Virus record (IMG/VR): IMGVR_UViG_3300046103_001141
Location: 1-57,157 of that record
Direction: 5' to 3' (one strand)
DNA: 57,157 nt
Origin: a virus
Taxonomy: Duplodnaviria > Caudoviricetes
Part shown: positions 54,601-57,157 of the stretch, in pieces
Layout of the letters: every line of letters starts with the position of its first letter
How positions within the stretch are numbered: the stretch's first letter is position 1
The notes under the pieces: generated by a model
The model's input: the letters and a program-made list of their open reading frames with translations, nothing else
Databases searched by the model: none
What the model was told of the DNA's origin: nothing
Made by a program: the position numbers and the translations under genes

Positions 54601-57157
54601 ACTGCTTTGTGAGTTGACATAATATAAGCACTATCAACATTCAAGTCAGTTTTTATATAATCTTCAGTTACTGTGGTTTTTACCCAATCCGAGTCATAAA
54701 TGTCTTTTATATTAGTACCATCAACAAAGAGACCACTATCAGCATTTATTTTTCCATTAACATCAAAGTGAAAACTTGGAGAAATTTTACCTATACCAAT
54801 AAATTTATTTGGAGACTTGTATGTGGTGTATGATGCACCTTCATCCCAAGGAGTTTCCAGAACTAATTTTTCACCATTTACTTCAATATGACCATTGAAA
54901 ATTTCTAACGCTGGCAGTTCCGTTGCGCCTGTAATGGGTTCTTGTGTACCATGTATAACAACTTTACCACCAACAGCAAGACCCATACCAGTAGTTAAAT
55001 TTCCTATAGTTGGACCTAATGTTTCAATTGCTTCTTGTCCAGCAGTTACCCCAGTTACACCACTAGTTCTAAGTTGTGTTTGAACACCGACTCTTGATGG
55101 ATTAGAATCCCAATGACTATAAGTTATTTTACCAATGCCAACTTTAGTACCATATGTGGCCTCAAACCCAGTTGGGTTTGTAAATTGGGCTTCACCGCGA
55201 CCAAGAGCCTTTTCAAGAGTGGTTAAATCGCCATACTTAGCAGAAAGAATGTGCTTAACTCTAAATGCTATAATATCTCCACCAACAACACTATCAAGTT
55301 TACCATCAATATAGGCAGAATCAGGCCAAACAGGGCGAACAAGTTCATTAATAAAGTCTTCATCAACCATATTAATGATCGCAATAGAGTCCGCACCAGA
55401 TGGATTAGAACCAAAAGAGTATCTGTCTGCTACATACGCACTATCAAAGAATGCAGTTGCTGAATCTGGTGTAATTTGATAATAAATTTGATTAGTATAA
55501 TGATTTAGATAGATGTTACTATCAAGTCCACCAGTTGGTAGAATAACATCACCTTGATATGTTAATCCTTCAAGGTTAACATTACCATTAACATCTAGTG
55601 TATAATTTACGTTACTCTTATACACACCTTCAGCGTCTGGACCATATCTCAAATAACCAGGAGTTTTAGTTGCTGTAGTATTATCTAAATTAATACCAAC
55701 AAACTCAAAGTCATTCGCGCCTTTATATACAAGATGTGATGCTCCACCACTTGGACTTTTTTGGAAGAATGTATCATTAGTGCATGTTGTTCTGAGATAT
55801 TCTTTATTAATTATACCTTCAACATACTCTTGATCAGCCGCCGACAAAATCCAAGCACTATCCGCTGCAACATATCTGATATAATTGTAAAGTCTCATAC
55901 CTTGCATATAGAAGTCATGCTCATTACCAGCAGCATCAGTTCCATTAACATTTATTGGACCATTTACTTCAAGAGCATATTTAATTCCAGCCCTTCCATT
56001 TTCATTAACTTTTTCACATGAAATATCAGTTCCACCATCACCATAGGAACCATATGCAGCCTCACTTTTATATTGTATAGCAGTTGCTGGAACAATATTA
56101 ATTTCATCTTGCTCAATTACAACTTGACCACCTTGAATGGATAGAGTATTATCAGTAGATACTGTTGTTGCTGTTGTTCCAAGTCCAATACCAACACTGT
56201 TCGCTGCGCTATTTATTGCACTACCGACTGTAATATTGGTTCCTAATCCCAAAGCATTTTGACCATATACAGTAATATTTCTACCTAAACCAATACCACC
56301 TTGGTTTCCTGTGGCCCCAGTAGCGGTAACTGTATTACCGATTGCAATAGCACCATGAGTGGCAACATTATTTCTACCAAGCGCAATCGCTTCAGTATCC
56401 GAAGCATTACCTCTACCAAATGCTATAGAATGTGTTGTATTACCATTACCAATACCAAGATTTACTTCATTGTCATAACCAAATGCTAAACCTTCTTTTT
56501 GAACATCATTTGAAGAACCAAATGCTAAACCATTTAACTCAACAATGTTCTGTTTACCAAACGCTAAACCACCATTTGCAGTAATAGTGTTTCCTATACC
56601 ATAGACCATCGCAGTTGAAGGAGTATTTGTGCTGCTAGTTGAGGCTCCAGACTGACCACTACCATATACAGAAACATAACTATTACCTGAGTTATTAGAA
56701 CCGTAAATATTTGCTTTAGAGTTATTTGTGTTGTCGGTTCCAACAGTAATGCCTGGAATAGAACTTGTTCCAGCAAGCATTGTATTATTTTTACCAATAA
56801 CTACCGTTTTGCTTCCAGCAATGTTTGAGTAACCAATAGATACTGCATCTTGCGCTGCGACATTGGGTAATGCTGAAGTACCACCACCTATTGAAACTGA
56901 TCTTGCACCTGTAGTTTTTACATATATACCCATAGCAGCAGTTCCCGCCGCCGCTTGTACTGAACGGCCCATGGCAACAGCATAAGTACCTGTATTTTGA
57001 ACGTAACTACCAATCGCAACACCACCAGTCTTAGATGTGCTATTAAGACCGAAAATAGTACTATAGTTGGCTCCACTATTACCTTGACCAACCATAACTG
57101 CGCCTGTCTTACCAACCACATTATTACCAATGGCAAATCCACCGCTGCCAGAATAAG
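51603..57157 (-). CDS. Giant tail fibre, 5'-truncated (frame open to window end)
   Basis: YadA-head-like (A/S)(V/I)A(I/F)G repeats; DS-rich 9-aa repeat stalk; APAALDTLNELAAA.GDD.NF fibre motif; C-terminal T4 gp9/gp10/gp34-N-like domain (IDT...INLP.....GDEI...D). Confidence 0.85.
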   Translation of the reverse strand, partial: YSGSGGFAIGNNVVGKTGAVMVGQGNSGANYSTIFGLNSTSKTGGVAIGSYVQNTGTYAVAMGRSVQAAAGTAAMGIYVKTTGARSVSIGGGTSALPNVAAQDAVSIGYSNIAGSKTVVIGKNNTMLAGTSSIPGITVGTDNTNNSKANIYGSNNSGNSYVSVYGSGQSGASTSSTNTPSTAMVYGIGNTITANGGLAFGKQNIVELNGLAFGSSNDVQKEGLAFGYDNEVNLGIGNGNTTHSIAFGRGNASDTEAIALGRNNVATHGAIAIGNTVTATGATGNQGGIGLGRNITVYGQNALGLGTNITVGSAINSAANSVGIGLGTTATTVSTDNTLSIQGGQVVIEQDEINIVPATAIQYKSEAAYGSYGDGGTDISCEKVNENGRAGIKYALEVNGPINVNGTDAAGNEHDFYMQGMRLYNYIRYVAADSAWILSAADQEYVEGIINKEYLRTTCTNDTFFQKSPSGGASHLVYKGANDFEFVGINLDNTTATKTPGYLRYGPDAEGVYKSNVNYTLDVNGNVNLEGLTYQGDVILPTGGLDSNIYLNHYTNQIYYQITPDSATAFFDSAYVADRYSFGSNPSGADSIAIINMVDEDFINELVRPVWPDSAYIDGKLDSVVGGDIIAFRVKHILSAKYGDLTTLEKALGRGEAQFTNPTGFEATYGTKVGIGKITYSHWDSNPSRVGVQTQLRTSGVTGVTAGQEAIETLGPTIGNLTTGMGLAVGGKVVIHGTQEPITGATELPALEIFNGHIEVNGEKLVLETPWDEGASYTTYKSPNKFIGIGKISPSFHFDVNGKINADSGLFVDGTNIKDIYDSDWVKTTVTEDYIKTDLNVDSAYIMSTHKAVGDIIPALDTVYDLGSPTERFRDIYLSGNSISLGEVIISSNASGLELSDSAGNLLKFGGIDSDAIAHFIDSSYVQLRADSNWIFSAVTQEYVRSNADSNYIKSFINSSYVFNITDTKYDSALFLSAADSDYVKTVASSDYVLGIADSNYVKSVASSAYVLGIADSNNVKTFINSSYVLGLADSNYLKVSIDSSYIKGFITPAYVKNANDVDSAFIKGIADSSHIQSAVDSSYIKTYIDSSYVKEFADSNYVKSFIDNTYVLNITDTKYDSAFILSAADSAYVTTVIDAKLAATGHILPELDSAFDIGSPTKKFKDLYLSGSTINIGNTRITAAPAGLKITDNVGNDAKVLGIDSDAILGFVDSAYVDLRVPFNKVTIPHILGIADSDYVKTVASSAYVLGIADSNHIKTHADSNYVKTFIDNEYVKGIADSGYIQGFISTPYIRGIIDSAHINPITGIGTRDVDFGGNTIYYNNTFAFTNQLPSATTYKGMVVYDNQAQLPKIAVGADWHELARTSDIRAIADSAVATLVASAPAALDTLNELAAAMGDDANFSTTLTNSIAAKLPLSGGTMTGAIDMGSNNITTTGKMLYSNVYSAEGDLPSASTYHGMFAHVHGTGKGYFAHAGNWVKLANFDDISSTVDSAYVAARTNAGTDSASIVNMIDSAYVQARQTSGGGGGGLDSSLTISLIDSAYVSARSSGSTAFTSSITSYYYTATANQTVFTGSDNNSATLSYAVNSVTVFLNGINLLKGTDYNTTDTSTITLVTGAKVGDELVINALSQISASSGTINASVISVVDSAYVAARTTAGTDSASIINMIDSDYVAARSSSSGGGLTISDNPPASPSVGSMWFDPEALETYVYYTDSDNTSQWVKSNPTGIGLSAVTSIVDSDYVAARTTAGAANWTEITSTPVTATANQRLIIDTSTTKTINLPVSANLGDEIRFIDGTGNANTNNITINRNGHKIEASDSDLTVDVDRAAFGLVYYNATNGWLFTEK
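53250..54450 (-). repeat. 27-nt / 9-aa degenerate tandem repeats (ADSNYVKTF / IDSSYVLGI)
   Basis: Dozens of x-DS-x-Y-(V/I) units; DNA copies such as GCACTATCATATTTTGTATCTGTAATATT and GATGCCACA. Confidence 0.85.

Noticed and set aside
3609-56489. Numerous 60-145 aa plus-strand and alternate-frame ORFs in the track
   Set aside because: They lie antisense to or inside well-supported genes, lack RBS or motifs, and are expected shadows of biased codon usage.
57117-57119. GTG at 57119 as the start of the giant fibre
   Set aside because: The frame stays open to the window edge (YSGSGGFAIGNN) with the same repeat pattern, so the gene begins outside the window.

Overview
57 kb fragment of an AT-rich T4-like myophage genome with the compact marine/aquatic gene order. 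Almost everything is on the minus strand. Read in transcription order (right to left): giant tail-fibre/baseplate-type proteins, gp13, a split gp14, gp15, gp16, gp17, gp18, gp19, gp20, an inserted fibre + Gly-rich adhesin pair, gp67/gp68-like, gp21, gp22, gp23, gp3, uvsY, uvsW, gp55, gp47, gp46, gp45, gp44, dexA-like, gp62, regA, an accessory block (small alarmone hydrolase, HNH, DHODH, Hsp20, micro-ORFs) and gp43. T4 late promoters (TATAAATA) and sigma70-type early promoters are readable. No tRNA, CRISPR array or intein was seen. Most notable: (1) three accessory proteins, including a SpoT/Mesh1-type (p)ppGpp hydrolase, start with T4 internal-protein-like capsid-targeting leaders, suggesting packaged and injected effectors; (2) virion proteins, but not replication proteins, are strongly enriched in Asp-Ser motifs, a possible capsid/tail modification sequon; (3) hsp20 has an RpoH-like promoter and a ROSE-like RNA thermometer, followed by micro-ORFs; (4) gp14 is split and several fibres have nested domain architectures; (5) a consensus sigma70 promoter fires antisense into the uvsW operon. 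All calls come from motif recognition by eye; no searches were run.
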